A program made the position numbers and the translations under genes. A stretch of 64,000 bases of DNA from Escherichia coli (GTDB lineage Bacteria > Pseudomonadota > Gammaproteobacteria > Enterobacterales > Enterobacteriaceae): assembly GCF_003334305.1 (NCBI RefSeq), contig NZ_QOWS01000001.1. One strand, written 5' to 3'. Under the pieces are notes generated by a model. It saw only the letters and a program-made list of their open reading frames with translations. It searched no databases and was not told the DNA's origin. This document shows positions 21,329 through 34,306 of this stretch, in pieces (the stretch's first letter is position 1; each line of letters starts with the position of its first letter).

Positions 21329-22267
21329 TTCCTCGCGCGTTGGCGCACAATCACCGCCCCGATGCCCGACAACCCACGACGCCACTGCATTGCCCAGTAA
21401 TACGGCATCCGCCAGTGGCAGACCAGAGGCCAGCCCGGCAAGTACGCCACCTGCATGACTGTCGCCCGCCCCAATGGTGTCTACAACTTGCGTTGGAAAT
21501 GCCGGAATGCAGCCAGAAGCGTCGTTGCTGAAATACCATGCACCCTCTTTATCGAGACGAACGATCAACGGCGCGGCAAATTTCTCCTGCCATTGCTTGC
21601 CAAGTGTTGTTATCTCTGCGGATAAAGCAAAACGTTCGGCGGCAATCTCAGCCTCTTGACGATTGAGTGATACTAAAGGTCGACAGGCCATGATCCGCGC
21701 CAGTAATGCGTCCGGGATATCGCCGATACGTGGGCCAAAATCGATAAACGGCGTCACGTCTTGCAGCTTTTCCAGCCATTCCACTAACAATTCGCCGCAG
21801 GGCGAGGCCAGTTGATAACCGGAAAAATAGAGCAGGCTGCCAGGCGCAACGGTTAATCGCGCCAGCCACTGGCGATTCCACTGATTTTCCACACCGCTGA
21901 ATGACATAAAAGTGCGTTCGCCATCCGGCTCAACCAGCGCCAGACACCAGCCGTTATCGCCTTCGGCGTTATCGATCAGGCTGATTAACCCCTCTTTCGC
22001 CATCCGGTTGCGAATAATCTCCGCCCACACGCCCTGACCGAGCGGCAAGGCATTACCCGCTTCGATGCCGAGGCGCTTTAACGCCACGGCAATATTCAGT
22101 GCGCAGCCGCCAACGTTAACGCTCTGCTGCTTCAGTTCGATATCGCACCCACGCCAGGGGAGGGCATAAGCGTCGGCGATCACATCAATGACCGCCGCGC
22201 CGACGACCATCACCGGCTGACGCGAGGTTAATTCAGGCAGCAGCGTGTGTAATCGAGCGCCGCTCAT
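21302..22267 (-). CDS. yegV: PfkB-family sugar/nucleoside kinase
   Basis: 321 aa; C-terminal DTIGAGDSHAGGVLAGL resembles the PfkB catalytic motif; 3' end overlaps yegW convergently by 27 bp. Confidence 0.85.
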   Translation of the reverse strand: MSGARLHTLLPELTSRQPVMVVGAAVIDVIADAYALPWRGCDIELKQQSVNVGGCALNIAVALKRLGIEAGNALPLGQGVWAEIIRNRMAKEGLISLIDNAEGDNGWCLALVEPDGERTFMSFSGVENQWNRQWLARLTVAPGSLLYFSGYQLASPCGELLVEWLEKLQDVTPFIDFGPRIGDIPDALLARIMACRPLVSLNRQEAEIAAERFALSAEITTLGKQWQEKFAAPLIVRLDKEGAWYFSNDASGCIPAFPTQVVDTIGAGDSHAGGVLAGLASGLPLADAVLLGNAVASWVVGHRGGDCAPTREELLLAHKNV

Positions 22268-23268
22268 ACCGCCTCCCGTTGTTGACGATATTTCGCCAGC
22301 GCTGTGGCATAGCGGTTGAAATCAAGCTGATTTACCGCATCCAGTTCCGCCTTTAATGCAGGATCGATAGCGTTAACGCCATGCAACGCGCCGCAAATCG
22401 CCGTCGCCATAGCGCCGATGGTGTCTGTGTCGCCGCCAAGGTTAGCGCACAGGACGGCGCAGCGATTCGGGTCGGTTTGTGCCAGTTCAACCAGCGCAAT
22501 GGCGCACGGAACGGACTCAATAGTGCTGGTACCTGCGCCAACGACCTGGTAAAGCTGTTCGCTGGCGGATTCGGTGCCGTCGGCATTGCGCACAATTTTC
22601 AGCGCAATCTCCAGACGTGCTGCCAGTGAGGCGCTGAAGGTAGTGATGCGTTTTTGCTGTGCATGTCGCGCAATTGAAGGCAGGGAATCAACAATCGCTG
22701 ACCAGCTTTCTCCGTCAATGGCACGAGAAATCACCCATGCGATGACTACCGCACCTGCAACTGCCAGATCGGATTTATGGGTCGGGCTCGACGCCAGCGC
22801 CACATCATCAATAAAGGAATCAACATCACGCGCCGGAAGCAAACAACCTAATGGCGAGACGCGCATCGCTGCGCCGTTGGTCACGCCGTTGTTTTCCAGT
22901 TCAGCAACGGGTTTACCGTCGCGAATGGCGTTAAGCGCAATCTTCGAGGTCGGACCTAGTACGTTTTTGTTAAAGGCGTCGAAACGCAGCGCCCAGTCGA
23001 GAATATTACGCCCAATCAGATCCGGATCGATCTTGCCTTCACGTTCCAGTAACGCATCCGCCAGACACAGCGCCATCGAGGTATCGTCGGTGAATTCGGC
23101 GCGGTTAAAATAACAGGCCGCGTTATTCTCCTTTGGTCCAGGAAGAAAACGGTCAATCCAGCCAAAGTGTGCTTTAACGCGGCTGCGTGGCCAAAGCTCG
23201 GAGGGCATCCCCATCGCATCCCCTAACGCCTGCCCATAAAGAGCACCGAGAATACGTTCTGTTTTCAT
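22264..23268 (-). CDS. yegU: ADP-ribosylglycohydrolase-family protein
   Basis: 334 aa; N-terminal GALYGQALGDAMGMPSE; 4-bp overlap with yegV. Confidence 0.85.
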   Translation of the reverse strand: MKTERILGALYGQALGDAMGMPSELWPRSRVKAHFGWIDRFLPGPKENNAACYFNRAEFTDDTSMALCLADALLEREGKIDPDLIGRNILDWALRFDAFNKNVLGPTSKIALNAIRDGKPVAELENNGVTNGAAMRVSPLGCLLPARDVDSFIDDVALASSPTHKSDLAVAGAVVIAWVISRAIDGESWSAIVDSLPSIARHAQQKRITTFSASLAARLEIALKIVRNADGTESASEQLYQVVGAGTSTIESVPCAIALVELAQTDPNRCAVLCANLGGDTDTIGAMATAICGALHGVNAIDPALKAELDAVNQLDFNRYATALAKYRQQREAV

Positions 23269-24542
23269 TTAACTTCCCCTTGTGTCAACGCAATATCGCG
23301 ATCATCGACCTTGATAGCCGTAATTTCGTTGTCGGATTCGCGGAAAAAAATCATGAACAGCACGGCGATAATGGCAATCATCACCGCGCCAAAAGTCCAC
23401 ATCCCGGACCAGTTGAAAGTCAGTCCGTTTACCGGTTCCTGATAAGCGAACATCTTTTCCATCATCACACCGCCAAGACGATAGCCGAGCAAACTGCCGA
23501 AGCCCTGGCAGCAGAGCGTGATCAGCCCCTGCGCGGCGGTACGCATATGCACGGGGGCTTTTTTATCGACATAGATGTAAGCGGTAACGTAGTAAAAATC
23601 GTAACTTACGCCGTGAAGCAAAATACCGAGGAACAGTAACGCGTAGGTGAAATATTCATCCGCACTACCGTAAATAAAGAAGCCATAGCGGATCGCAGCG
23701 GTGACCAGACCAAGCAATAATACCTTTTTGATACCAAAGCGTTTAGTGAAAAACGGTAATGCCAGCATAAAGAATATTTCAGAGAACTGGCCGAGCGTCA
23801 TCCAGCCGGTGGCATTTTTCATGCCGACTTCGGTCAGATAACCGTTGGCAAAGATGTAATAGAACGCCAGTGGCATCGCAAACAGGAATGAACAGAAGAA
23901 AAAGACGAGGAAGTTTTTATCGCGCAGCAGGATCAGCGCATCCAGGCCGAGCATGACTTTAATGTCCATTTTGCCGGTGCTTTTTGGCGGCGTGTCGGGC
24001 AGGAAAAACGCAAACACACCGAGCAGAGCAGAACTTCCGGCGGTAATCAGCAGCGGGATGTTAGTCGGTGAGATATCGGCATACCCCAGCATTTGCGGCA
24101 AGAAACCACATGCCAGACCAGAGGCAATCCAGCCGATAGTGCCCATCACACGAATGCGCGGGAAATCACGCTCCACATCCGGCACGTTGGCAAAAGCGAT
24201 ACTGTTAGTCAGCGCAATGGTCGGCATATAGGTTAGCGAGTAGGCCAGCAGTAACGGGAAGAACCCGGCAAAAGTGGTCTGTTGCGCAGCGAAATACATC
24301 AGCAGCGCGCCTGCGAACATCAATACCGCCAGCACTTTTTGCGCCGAGAAAAAGCGGTCAGTGATGGAGCCAACCAGAATTGGCGACAGGATCGCCGCAA
24401 TGGCTGTGCAGGCATACGACCAGCCAATTTCTCCGGCACTAAAACCGCTTTTACTTAACCACAACCACAATGGCACAAACCACGCGCCCCAGATAAACCA
24501 TTCAACAAACATCATGAACGACAGCTTTGCTGTTGTTTTCAT
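23265..24542 (-). CDS. yegT: MFS nucleoside-type transporter
   Basis: 425 aa, multiple hydrophobic segments; first gene of the yegTUV operon. Confidence 0.85.
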   Translation of the reverse strand: MKTTAKLSFMMFVEWFIWGAWFVPLWLWLSKSGFSAGEIGWSYACTAIAAILSPILVGSITDRFFSAQKVLAVLMFAGALLMYFAAQQTTFAGFFPLLLAYSLTYMPTIALTNSIAFANVPDVERDFPRIRVMGTIGWIASGLACGFLPQMLGYADISPTNIPLLITAGSSALLGVFAFFLPDTPPKSTGKMDIKVMLGLDALILLRDKNFLVFFFCSFLFAMPLAFYYIFANGYLTEVGMKNATGWMTLGQFSEIFFMLALPFFTKRFGIKKVLLLGLVTAAIRYGFFIYGSADEYFTYALLFLGILLHGVSYDFYYVTAYIYVDKKAPVHMRTAAQGLITLCCQGFGSLLGYRLGGVMMEKMFAYQEPVNGLTFNWSGMWTFGAVMIAIIAVLFMIFFRESDNEITAIKVDDRDIALTQGEVK

Positions 24543-24798
24543 CTTTTAATTCCTTCATGACAGGTAATGTAAGGTACGCGATGACAATACCACTTAATAA
24601 TACCTTTTAAATACCTTTGCGGTGAAAACTTGACCGCGCTAACATTTTTTCTGATGAATCGAGCCAACAGAAAACGCTGAAAAAACATCCAAAAGATGGA
24701 AAAACTCGCCCGTAACGACCAGGATTATGATTGCCCGCAAAAGGCGGGCCAGGACAATCCATAGCCGATATCCAATCGGAATTTACGGGAGCATAGTA

Positions 24799-25851
24799 AT
24801 GACAGATATTGCGCAGTTGCTTGGCAAAGACGCCGACAACCTTTTACAGCACCGTTGTATGACAATTCCTTCTGACCAGCTTTATCTCCCCGGACATGAC
24901 TACGTAGACCGCGTAATGATTGACAATAATCGCCCGCCAGCGGTGTTACGTAATATGCAGACGTTGTACAACACCGGGCGTCTGGCTGGCACAGGATATC
25001 TTTCTATTCTGCCGGTTGACCAGGGCGTTGAGCACTCTGCCGGAGCTTCATTTGCTGCTAACCCGCTCTACTTTGACCCGAAAAACATTGTTGAACTGGC
25101 GATCGAAGCGGGCTGTAACTGTGTGGCGTCAACTTACGGCGTGCTGGCGTCGGTATCGCGGCGTTATGCGCATCGCATTCCATTCCTCGTCAAACTTAAT
25201 CACAACGAGACGCTAAGTTACCCGAATACCTACGATCAAACGCTGTATGCCAGCGTGGAGCAGGCGTTCAACATGGGCGCGGTTGCGGTTGGTGCGACTA
25301 TCTATTTTGGCTCGGAAGAGTCACGTCGCCAGATTGAAGAAATTTCTGCGGCTTTTGAACGTGCGCACGAGCTGGGTATGGTGACAGTGCTGTGGGCCTA
25401 TTTGCGTAACTCCGCCTTTAAGAAAGATGGCGTTGATTACCATGTTTCCGCCGACCTGACCGGTCAGGCAAACCATCTGGCGGCAACCATCGGTGCAGAT
25501 ATCGTCAAACAAAAAATGGCGGAAAATAACGGCGGCTATAAAGCAATTAATTACGGTTATACCGACGATCGCGTGTACAGCAAGTTAACCAGCGAAAACC
25601 CGATTGATCTGGTGCGTTATCAGTTAGCTAACTGCTATATGGGGCGCGCAGGGCTGATTAACTCCGGCGGTGCTGCAGGCGGTGAAACTGACCTCAGTGA
25701 TGCAGTGCGTACTGCGGTTATCAACAAACGCGCTGGCGGAATGGGGCTGATTCTTGGACGTAAGGCGTTCAAGAAATCGATGGCTGACGGCGTGAAACTG
25801 ATTAATGCCGTGCAGGACGTTTATCTCGATAGCAAAATTACTATTGCCTGA
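24799..25851 (+). CDS. fbaB: Class I fructose-bisphosphate aldolase
   Basis: 350 aa from [18 protein letters not shown], preceded by GGGAG. Confidence 0.9.
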
Positions 25852-25878
25852 TACGCCTCATACGAACAGCACCACCCC

Positions 25879-25992
25879 GTAGGACGGATAAGGCGTTTAC
25901 ACTGCATCCGGCAACCTATGCCTGATGCGACGCGGAAGCGTCTTATCATGCCTACATAGCACTGCCACGTATGTTTACACCGCATCCGGCAT
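25879..25992. repeat. Cluster of REP-like palindromic units (BIME-like)
   Basis: Three copies of the (G)CCGGATAAGGCG...TACA...GCATCCGGCA-type REP consensus in alternating orientation. Confidence 0.75.
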
Positions 25993-26013
25993 AAAAACAC
26001 GCGCACTTTGCTA

Positions 26014-26043
26014 CGGCTTCCCTATCGGGAGGCCGTTTTTTTT
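26014..26043 (+). terminator. Rho-independent terminator-like hairpin with T8 run
   Basis: CGGCTTCCC-TATC-GGGAGGCCG followed by TTTTTTTT. Confidence 0.65.
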
Positions 26044-26105
26044 GCCTTTTACTCCTCGAACAATTTTCACATTGTCGTTTTTGTGATCGTTATCTCGACA
26101 TTTAA

Positions 26106-27030
<925 letters not shown>

Positions 27031-27031
27031 T

Positions 27032-28305
<1,274 letters not shown>

Positions 28306-28314
28306 GGACGGTAT

Positions 28315-28767
28315 ATGACTAACCTGTTTGTTCGTAGCGGAATTTCTTTTGTCGATCGTAGCGAAGTTTTAACCCATATCGGTAATGAGATGCTCGCGAA
28401 AGGTGTGGTTTATGATACCTGGCCACAGGCATTAATTGCCAGAGAAGCAGAATTCCCTACCGGGATAATGCTTGAGCAGCACGCCATTGCTATACCGCAT
28501 TGTGAGGCGATTCATGCTAAGTCGTCAGCCATTTATCTGTTAAGGCCAACAAATAAAGTTCATTTTCAGCAAGCGGATGATGATAACGACGTGGAGGTGT
28601 CGTTGGTTATTGCGTTGATTGTGGAAAATCCGCAGCAGCAATTGAAACTTTTACGCTGTTTATTTGGCAAGTTACAACAGCCCGATATCGTCGAGACACT
28701 AATCACTCTTCCTGAAACCCAGTTAAAGGAATACTTCACAAAGTATGTTTTAGATTCAGACGAATAA
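28315..28767 (+). CDS. gatA: Galactitol PTS enzyme IIA
   Basis: 150 aa; operon position. Confidence 0.88.
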   Translation: MTNLFVRSGISFVDRSEVLTHIGNEMLAKGVVYDTWPQALIAREAEFPTGIMLEQHAIAIPHCEAIHAKSSAIYLLRPTNKVHFQQADDDNDVEVSLVIALIVENPQQQLKLLRCLFGKLQQPDIVETLITLPETQLKEYFTKYVLDSDE

Positions 28768-28797
28768 ATCCCTCTGTAACAATAAAAAGGACTATTT

Positions 28798-29082
28798 ATG
28801 AAACGCAAGATTATTGTCGCTTGCGGAGGCGCGGTTGCGACCTCTACGATGGCGGCGGAAGAAATTAAAGAGTTGTGTCAGAGTCATAATATTCCTGTTG
28901 AATTAATCCAGTGTCGGGTTAATGAAATAGAAACCTATATGGATGGTGTGCATTTGATATGTACCACTGCCAGGGTGGATCGCAGTTTTGGCGATATTCC
29001 GTTAGTTCACGGCATGCCTTTTGTTTCTGGTGTCGGTATCGAAGCATTACAAAATAAAATTCTGACTATCTTACAGGGGTGA
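28798..29082 (+). CDS. gatB: Galactitol PTS enzyme IIB
   Basis: 94 aa, [27 protein letters not shown]. Confidence 0.88.
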
Positions 29083-29085
29083 CCT

Positions 29086-30441
29086 ATGTTTTCAGAAGTC
29101 ATGCGTTATATTCTCGACCTCGGCCCTACAGTGATGCTGCCGGTTGTCATCATTATTTTTTCTAAAATATTAGGCATGAAGGCAGGCGATTGCTTTAAAG
29201 CGGGTCTGCATATCGGGATTGGCTTTGTTGGCATTGGCCTTGTGATTGGCTTAATGCTGGATTCCATTGGTCCGGCGGCGAAAGCGATGGCGGAAAATTT
29301 CGACCTGAATCTGCATGTGGTCGATGTCGGCTGGCCGGGCTCTTCACCAATGACCTGGGCGTCGCAAATTGCGCTGGTGGCGATTCCGATTGCGATATTG
29401 GTTAACGTGGCGATGTTACTGACCCGTATGACGCGGGTGGTAAATGTTGATATCTGGAATATCTGGCATATGACCTTCACCGGCGCGTTGCTGCACCTGG
29501 CAACCGGTTCATGGATGATAGGGATGGCAGGTGTGGTAATTCACGCGGCGTTTGTTTATAAGCTCGGCGACTGGTTTGCCCGCGATACCCGAAATTTCTT
29601 TGAGCTGGAAGGTATTGCTATTCCGCACGGTACGTCGGCGTATATGGGGCCGATTGCGGTGCTGGTCGATGCTATCATCGAGAAAATCCCAGGCGTTAAC
29701 CGAATTAAATTTAGCGCCGACGATATTCAGCGCAAATTTGGTCCATTTGGCGAGCCTGTCACCGTGGGTTTTGTGATGGGGCTGATTATCGGCATCCTCG
29801 CGGGTTACGATGTCAAAGGTGTATTGCAGCTGGCGGTAAAAACGGCGGCAGTGATGCTGCTAATGCCACGGGTGATTAAACCCATCATGGATGGTTTAAC
29901 GCCCATCGCTAAGCAGGCCCGTAGTCGTTTACAGGCGAAGTTCGGCGGTCAGGAGTTCCTGATTGGCCTGGATCCCGCATTACTGCTGGGGCATACGGCG
30001 GTGGTATCGGCAAGCCTGATTTTTATCCCGCTCACCATTTTAATTGCTGTTTGTGTTCCGGGTAATCAGGTGCTGCCGTTTGGCGATCTTGCCACCATCG
30101 GCTTCTTTGTGGCGATGGCAGTCGCCGTGCATCGTGGAAATCTGTTCCGCACCTTAATCTCGGGTGTCATCATCATGAGCATCACTCTGTGGATCGCGAC
30201 GCAAACTATTGGTTTGCACACCCAACTGGCGGCTAATGCTGGGGCGTTAAAAGCCGGGGGTATGGTGGCTTCAATGGATCAGGGCGGTTCTCCCATTACC
30301 TGGTTACTGATTCAGGTTTTCTCCCCGCAAAATATTCCCGGATTCATTATTATCGGCGCAATTTATCTTACCGGTATTTTCATGACCTGGCGTAGAGCGC
30401 GTGGCTTTATTAAACAAGAGAAAGTCGTTCTCGCAGAATAA
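29086..30441 (+). CDS. gatC: Galactitol PTS enzyme IIC (membrane)
   Basis: 451 aa, polytopic hydrophobic profile. Confidence 0.9.
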   Translation: MFSEVMRYILDLGPTVMLPVVIIIFSKILGMKAGDCFKAGLHIGIGFVGIGLVIGLMLDSIGPAAKAMAENFDLNLHVVDVGWPGSSPMTWASQIALVAIPIAILVNVAMLLTRMTRVVNVDIWNIWHMTFTGALLHLATGSWMIGMAGVVIHAAFVYKLGDWFARDTRNFFELEGIAIPHGTSAYMGPIAVLVDAIIEKIPGVNRIKFSADDIQRKFGPFGEPVTVGFVMGLIIGILAGYDVKGVLQLAVKTAAVMLLMPRVIKPIMDGLTPIAKQARSRLQAKFGGQEFLIGLDPALLLGHTAVVSASLIFIPLTILIAVCVPGNQVLPFGDLATIGFFVAMAVAVHRGNLFRTLISGVIIMSITLWIATQTIGLHTQLAANAGALKAGGMVASMDQGGSPITWLLIQVFSPQNIPGFIIIGAIYLTGIFMTWRRARGFIKQEKVVLAE

Positions 30442-30488
30442 TTTTTACCTGAGGGGGAGGTTATCCCCCTTAACAATCAGGAGTTTTT

Positions 30489-31529
30489 ATGAAATCAGTG
30501 GTGAATGATACTGATGGTATCGTGCGCGTTGCAGAAAGCGTCATTCCTGAAATTAAACATCAGGATGAGGTGCGGGTAAAAATTGCCAGCTCGGGCTTAT
30601 GTGGTTCCGATTTACCCAGGATATTTAAAAATGGTGCACATTATTATCCAATAACGTTAGGCCATGAATTTAGCGGCTATATTGATGCGGTGGGATCCGG
30701 TGTTGATGATTTACATCCTGGCGATGCGGTTGCCTGTGTGCCGTTATTACCCTGTTTTACTTGTCCAGAGTGTTTGAAAGGGTTTTATTCCCAGTGCGCA
30801 AAATATGATTTTATTGGCTCACGGCGTGATGGTGGATTTGCCGAATATATTGTCGTTAAGCGGAAAAATGTCTTTGCTCTACCTACTGATATGCCTATTG
30901 AGGATGGGGCTTTTATTGAACCGATTACCGTTGGCTTGCATGCTTTTCATTTAGCGCAAGGTTGTGAGAATAAAAACGTTATTATTATTGGTGCCGGAAC
31001 CATTGGCCTGCTGGCCATTCAGTGCGCTGTCGCGCTGGGAGCAAAGAGTGTGACGGCGATCGACATTAGTTCAGAAAAACTGGCACTGGCAAAATCTTTC
31101 GGTGCGATGCAAACATTTAACAGTAGCGAAATGAGCGCGCCGCAAATGCAGAGCGTTTTACGCGAACTGCGCTTTAATCAGCTTATCCTCGAGACGGCTG
31201 GCGTACCGCAAACTGTCGAACTGGCGGTAGAGATTGCCGGTCCTCATGCCCAACTGGCGCTGGTGGGCACGTTGCATCAGGATCTGCATTTAACATCGGC
31301 AACGTTTGGCAAAATATTGCGTAAAGAGCTGACGGTTATCGGCAGTTGGATGAACTACTCCAGCCCTTGGCCGGGGCAGGAGTGGGAAACGGCGAGCCGG
31401 TTGCTGACAGAACGTAAGTTAAGCCTGGAGCCATTAATCGCTCACCGTGGAAGCTTTGAAAGCTTCGCCCAGGCGGTGCGTGACATCGCTCGTAATGCTA
31501 TGCCGGGCAAAGTGTTGCTCATTCCCTGA
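30489..31529 (+). CDS. gatD: Galactitol-1-phosphate 5-dehydrogenase (Zn-dependent MDR family)
   Basis: 346 aa; CGSD and GHEFSG zinc-ADH motifs; GAGTIG NAD fold. Confidence 0.9.
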   Translation: MKSVVNDTDGIVRVAESVIPEIKHQDEVRVKIASSGLCGSDLPRIFKNGAHYYPITLGHEFSGYIDAVGSGVDDLHPGDAVACVPLLPCFTCPECLKGFYSQCAKYDFIGSRRDGGFAEYIVVKRKNVFALPTDMPIEDGAFIEPITVGLHAFHLAQGCENKNVIIIGAGTIGLLAIQCAVALGAKSVTAIDISSEKLALAKSFGAMQTFNSSEMSAPQMQSVLRELRFNQLILETAGVPQTVELAVEIAGPHAQLALVGTLHQDLHLTSATFGKILRKELTVIGSWMNYSSPWPGQEWETASRLLTERKLSLEPLIAHRGSFESFAQAVRDIARNAMPGKVLLIP

Positions 31530-31628
31530 AACCGCGGGCCAGCGTGATGCTGGCCCGGTATTGTGCAAAACAGATCATTCACCAATGGTCCCCCTTCGTT
31601 TACACTAGCCACAATTGAATATGGGTAA

Positions 31629-32408
31629 ATGACGATGAATTCATTCGAGCGAAGGAATAAGATCATCCAATTAGTGAATGAACAGGGAACCGTGCTTGTT
31701 CAGGATCTGGCGGGAGTATTTGCTGCCTCGGAAGCGACAATCCGTGCCGATTTGCGCTTTCTCGAACAAAAAGGCGTGGTTACGCGCTTTCATGGCGGTG
31801 CGGCGAAAATAATGTCCGGTAATAGTGAAACCGAGACCCAGGAAGTCGGGTTTAAAGAGCGATTTCAGCTCGCCAGCGCGCCGAAAAACAGAATAGCGCA
31901 GGCGGCAGTCAAAATGATCCATGAAGGGATGACCGTTATTCTCGACAGCGGAAGTACCACAATGCTTATCGCCGAAGGATTAATGACCGCCAAAAATATC
32001 ACGGTGATTACCAACAGTCTCCCGGCTGCGTTTGCCCTTTCCGAAAATAAAGACATTACTCTGGTCGTCTGCGGTGGCACGGTCCGCCATAAAACGCGAT
32101 CTATGCATGGATCTATTGCTGAACGTTCCCTGCAGGATATTAATGCCGATTTAATGTTTGTCGGTGCTGATGGTATTGATGCGGTTAATGGTATTACGAC
32201 CTTTAATGAAGGTTATTCGATTAGCGGTGCGATGGTCACCGCCGCTAATAAAGTGATTGCCGTTCTCGATTCATCGAAATTTAACCGTCGCGGTTTTAAT
32301 CAGGTACTGCCAATCGAAAAAATTGACATTATTATTACCGATGATGCTGTATCAGAGGTGGATAAACTGGCATTGCAGAAGACACGGGTAAAATTAATTA
32401 CGGTGTAG
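31629..32408 (+). CDS. gatR: DeoR-family repressor of the galactitol operon, uninterrupted
   Basis: 259-aa continuous ORF with N-terminal HTH (RRNKIIQLVNEQGTVLVQDLAGVFAASEATIRADLRFLE) and C-terminal DeoR sugar-binding-like region. Confidence 0.85.
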   Translation: MTMNSFERRNKIIQLVNEQGTVLVQDLAGVFAASEATIRADLRFLEQKGVVTRFHGGAAKIMSGNSETETQEVGFKERFQLASAPKNRIAQAAVKMIHEGMTVILDSGSTTMLIAEGLMTAKNITVITNSLPAAFALSENKDITLVVCGGTVRHKTRSMHGSIAERSLQDINADLMFVGADGIDAVNGITTFNEGYSISGAMVTAANKVIAVLDSSKFNRRGFNQVLPIEKIDIIITDDAVSEVDKLALQKTRVKLITV

Positions 32409-32421
32409 TATTGTTCTGTAT

Positions 32422-32451
32422 GCCGGATAAGGTATTTACACCGCATCCGGC
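32422..32451. repeat. REP element
   Basis: GCCGGATAAGGTATTTACACCGCATCCGGCA palindromic unit between gatR and yegS. Confidence 0.75.
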
Positions 32452-32489
32452 ATTTCGGATTCTCCCTGGTTCAAGAGAGAATAGTTTGA

Positions 32490-33389
32490 TTAACGCAATA
32501 ATGGACAATCTGGTGGTAATCGACAACGCAACGCCGCCGGAAGTATTTCAATATGAAAGTTTTGTCCGCTCAACGGTTCGCCATCAAGATTAAAAGTGAT
32601 TTCGTGTGGGGCTTGTATATCAAACCACGACGAAGCGCCTTCGATAATATTCGGGTTATCTTCGTCAGATTTTAAGGTTGATACGAGAGCCGGAAGAATT
32701 TCATCGCCGGTAAAAATGCGCAGTTGCAGCAAGCCATCGTTAATTAACGCGTTCGGACACAATTGCTGACCGCCACCGGCCTGACGCCCGTTACCAATAC
32801 CAATGACCAGGGCGTCACCTTGCCAGTGAAAGTTTTCACCGCGGATTTCACAACGGTCCGGTTGCAGAGTATCCATGCGCATTAAGCCATGAATGATGTA
32901 AGAGACGCCACCCAGCGCGGCTTTTAATTTTTCCGGCGTTTCTGTGGTAATACGCGTCCCAAATCCGCCTGTCGCCATATTAATAAAACAGGTTTGTTTG
33001 TTGACCTGCGCCATATCTATCGCAATGGCGTTACCGGCAATTGCCAGTTTCAGCGCCTTATCCAGTGCCTCAGGAATCCCTACACTGGTGGCAAAATCAT
33101 TGGCGGTTCCTAATGGCAAAATTCCCAGCGCGGGTATGTCATCCCCCTCACACTGAATCAACGCCGTAGAAACTTCATTAATGGTGCCATCGCCACCACC
33201 GGCAATCACCGTTGCGACGCCCAACTTCCGGGCCTCCTCTACATATCGTGCGGCATCGCCTTTCTCCCAGGTGACCCGCACATGGATCGTCATTCCTTCC
33301 TCACGCAACAGCATAATTGCTTCGCGCAAGGGTAGATTGTCAGTACTTTTGCCATTAAGAATCAGTAAGCTGGCGGGAAATTCTGCCAT
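32490..33389 (-). CDS. yegS: Lipid kinase (DAGK-catalytic-domain family)
   Basis: 299 aa; GGDGT motif ([13 protein letters not shown]). Confidence 0.9.
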   Translation of the reverse strand: MAEFPASLLILNGKSTDNLPLREAIMLLREEGMTIHVRVTWEKGDAARYVEEARKLGVATVIAGGGDGTINEVSTALIQCEGDDIPALGILPLGTANDFATSVGIPEALDKALKLAIAGNAIAIDMAQVNKQTCFINMATGGFGTRITTETPEKLKAALGGVSYIIHGLMRMDTLQPDRCEIRGENFHWQGDALVIGIGNGRQAGGGQQLCPNALINDGLLQLRIFTGDEILPALVSTLKSDEDNPNIIEGASSWFDIQAPHEITFNLDGEPLSGQNFHIEILPAALRCRLPPDCPLLR

Positions 33390-33803
33390 GATCGTATGTG
33401 CCTTTATGATTGGTCTGTAGATAGTGTAGAGCAGAAAACAAAAGGTGGAGTCAGAACAGGATGAAAGTCGGAGGATAAAAAGTCAGTTCAAGTATGGAGG
33501 ATTCAGTGGTTACCACCAGGAGCTTGCAATGGGGACAGCGAATACTAACGGCTGCCACCGATAAATTTCAAAAAAGAGCATATGCCTAATATTCAACCAA
33601 ACAGTGGCATCTTAAATATACTATTCCAAATATATTAAAGCCCCCATGGAGTTACCCTGAAGGGCCTCAATGTCCGTAATTCCTACTTATGTAGGAAATG
33701 TTGTACAGAACATTTATTATAATCCTATTCAATTATAATAATCATGCCATTATTATATTTAAACACTAGAGAGTGTCGTTGGTATTTAATGGGGGAAGGT
33801 GAG

Positions 33804-34121
33804 ATGAAAAAGATAGCTGCTATATCATTAATTAGTATTTTTATTATGTCTGGTTGTGCTGTGCATAATGATGAGACAAGTATCGGTAAATTTGGTCTTG
33901 CATATAAAAGTAATATTCAGCGTAAACTCGATAACCAATACTACACCGAAGCCGAAGCTTCTTTAGCCAGGGGCAGAATATCTGGTGCAGAAAATATAGT
34001 AAAAAATGATGCAGCCCATTTCTGTGTTACTCAGGGCAAAAAAATGCAGATAGTTGACCTGAAGACAGAAGGTGCAGGATTACATGGCGTCGCTCGTCTG
34101 ACATTCAAATGTGGAGAGTGA
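33804..34121 (+). CDS. yegR: Small lipoprotein
   Basis: 105 aa from MKKIAAISLISIFIMSGCAVHN (lipobox SGC) after GGAAGGTGAG; last host gene before attL. Confidence 0.75.
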   Translation: MKKIAAISLISIFIMSGCAVHNDETSIGKFGLAYKSNIQRKLDNQYYTEAEASLARGRISGAENIVKNDAAHFCVTQGKKMQIVDLKTEGAGLHGVARLTFKCGE

Positions 34122-34279
34122 GAATATTTTTTGGTAAGCGTCAAACATGCGCGTTCTGGTTGTGCTTAGCCGGAACCTGTGCGAGCACGATGCCGTTACG
34201 TGAAAGGCATCGTGCTATGAAGGGAGATTCTATCGATGTGGTCAATGGAAGACGGTGACCAGGGATAGGGCTTATGCAT

Positions 34280-34306
34280 AAAAAATAAGCCCGTGTAAGG
34301 GAGATT
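34280..34306. mobile_element. P2-type att core (attL) at the prophage left junction
   Basis: AAAAAATAAGCCCGTGTAAGGGAGATT matches my recollection of the 27-bp P2 attachment core; lies about 80 bp outside the int stop. Confidence 0.75.

Noticed and set aside
31535-31557. CGGGCCAGC-GTGAT-GCTGGCCCG hairpin after gatD, considered as a terminator
   Set aside because: No downstream T-run; may be a structural or REP-like element, not supportable as a terminator.
32411-32593. 60-aa plus-strand ORF between gatR and yegS
   Set aside because: Spans a REP element and the 3' end of yegS in antisense; no RBS.
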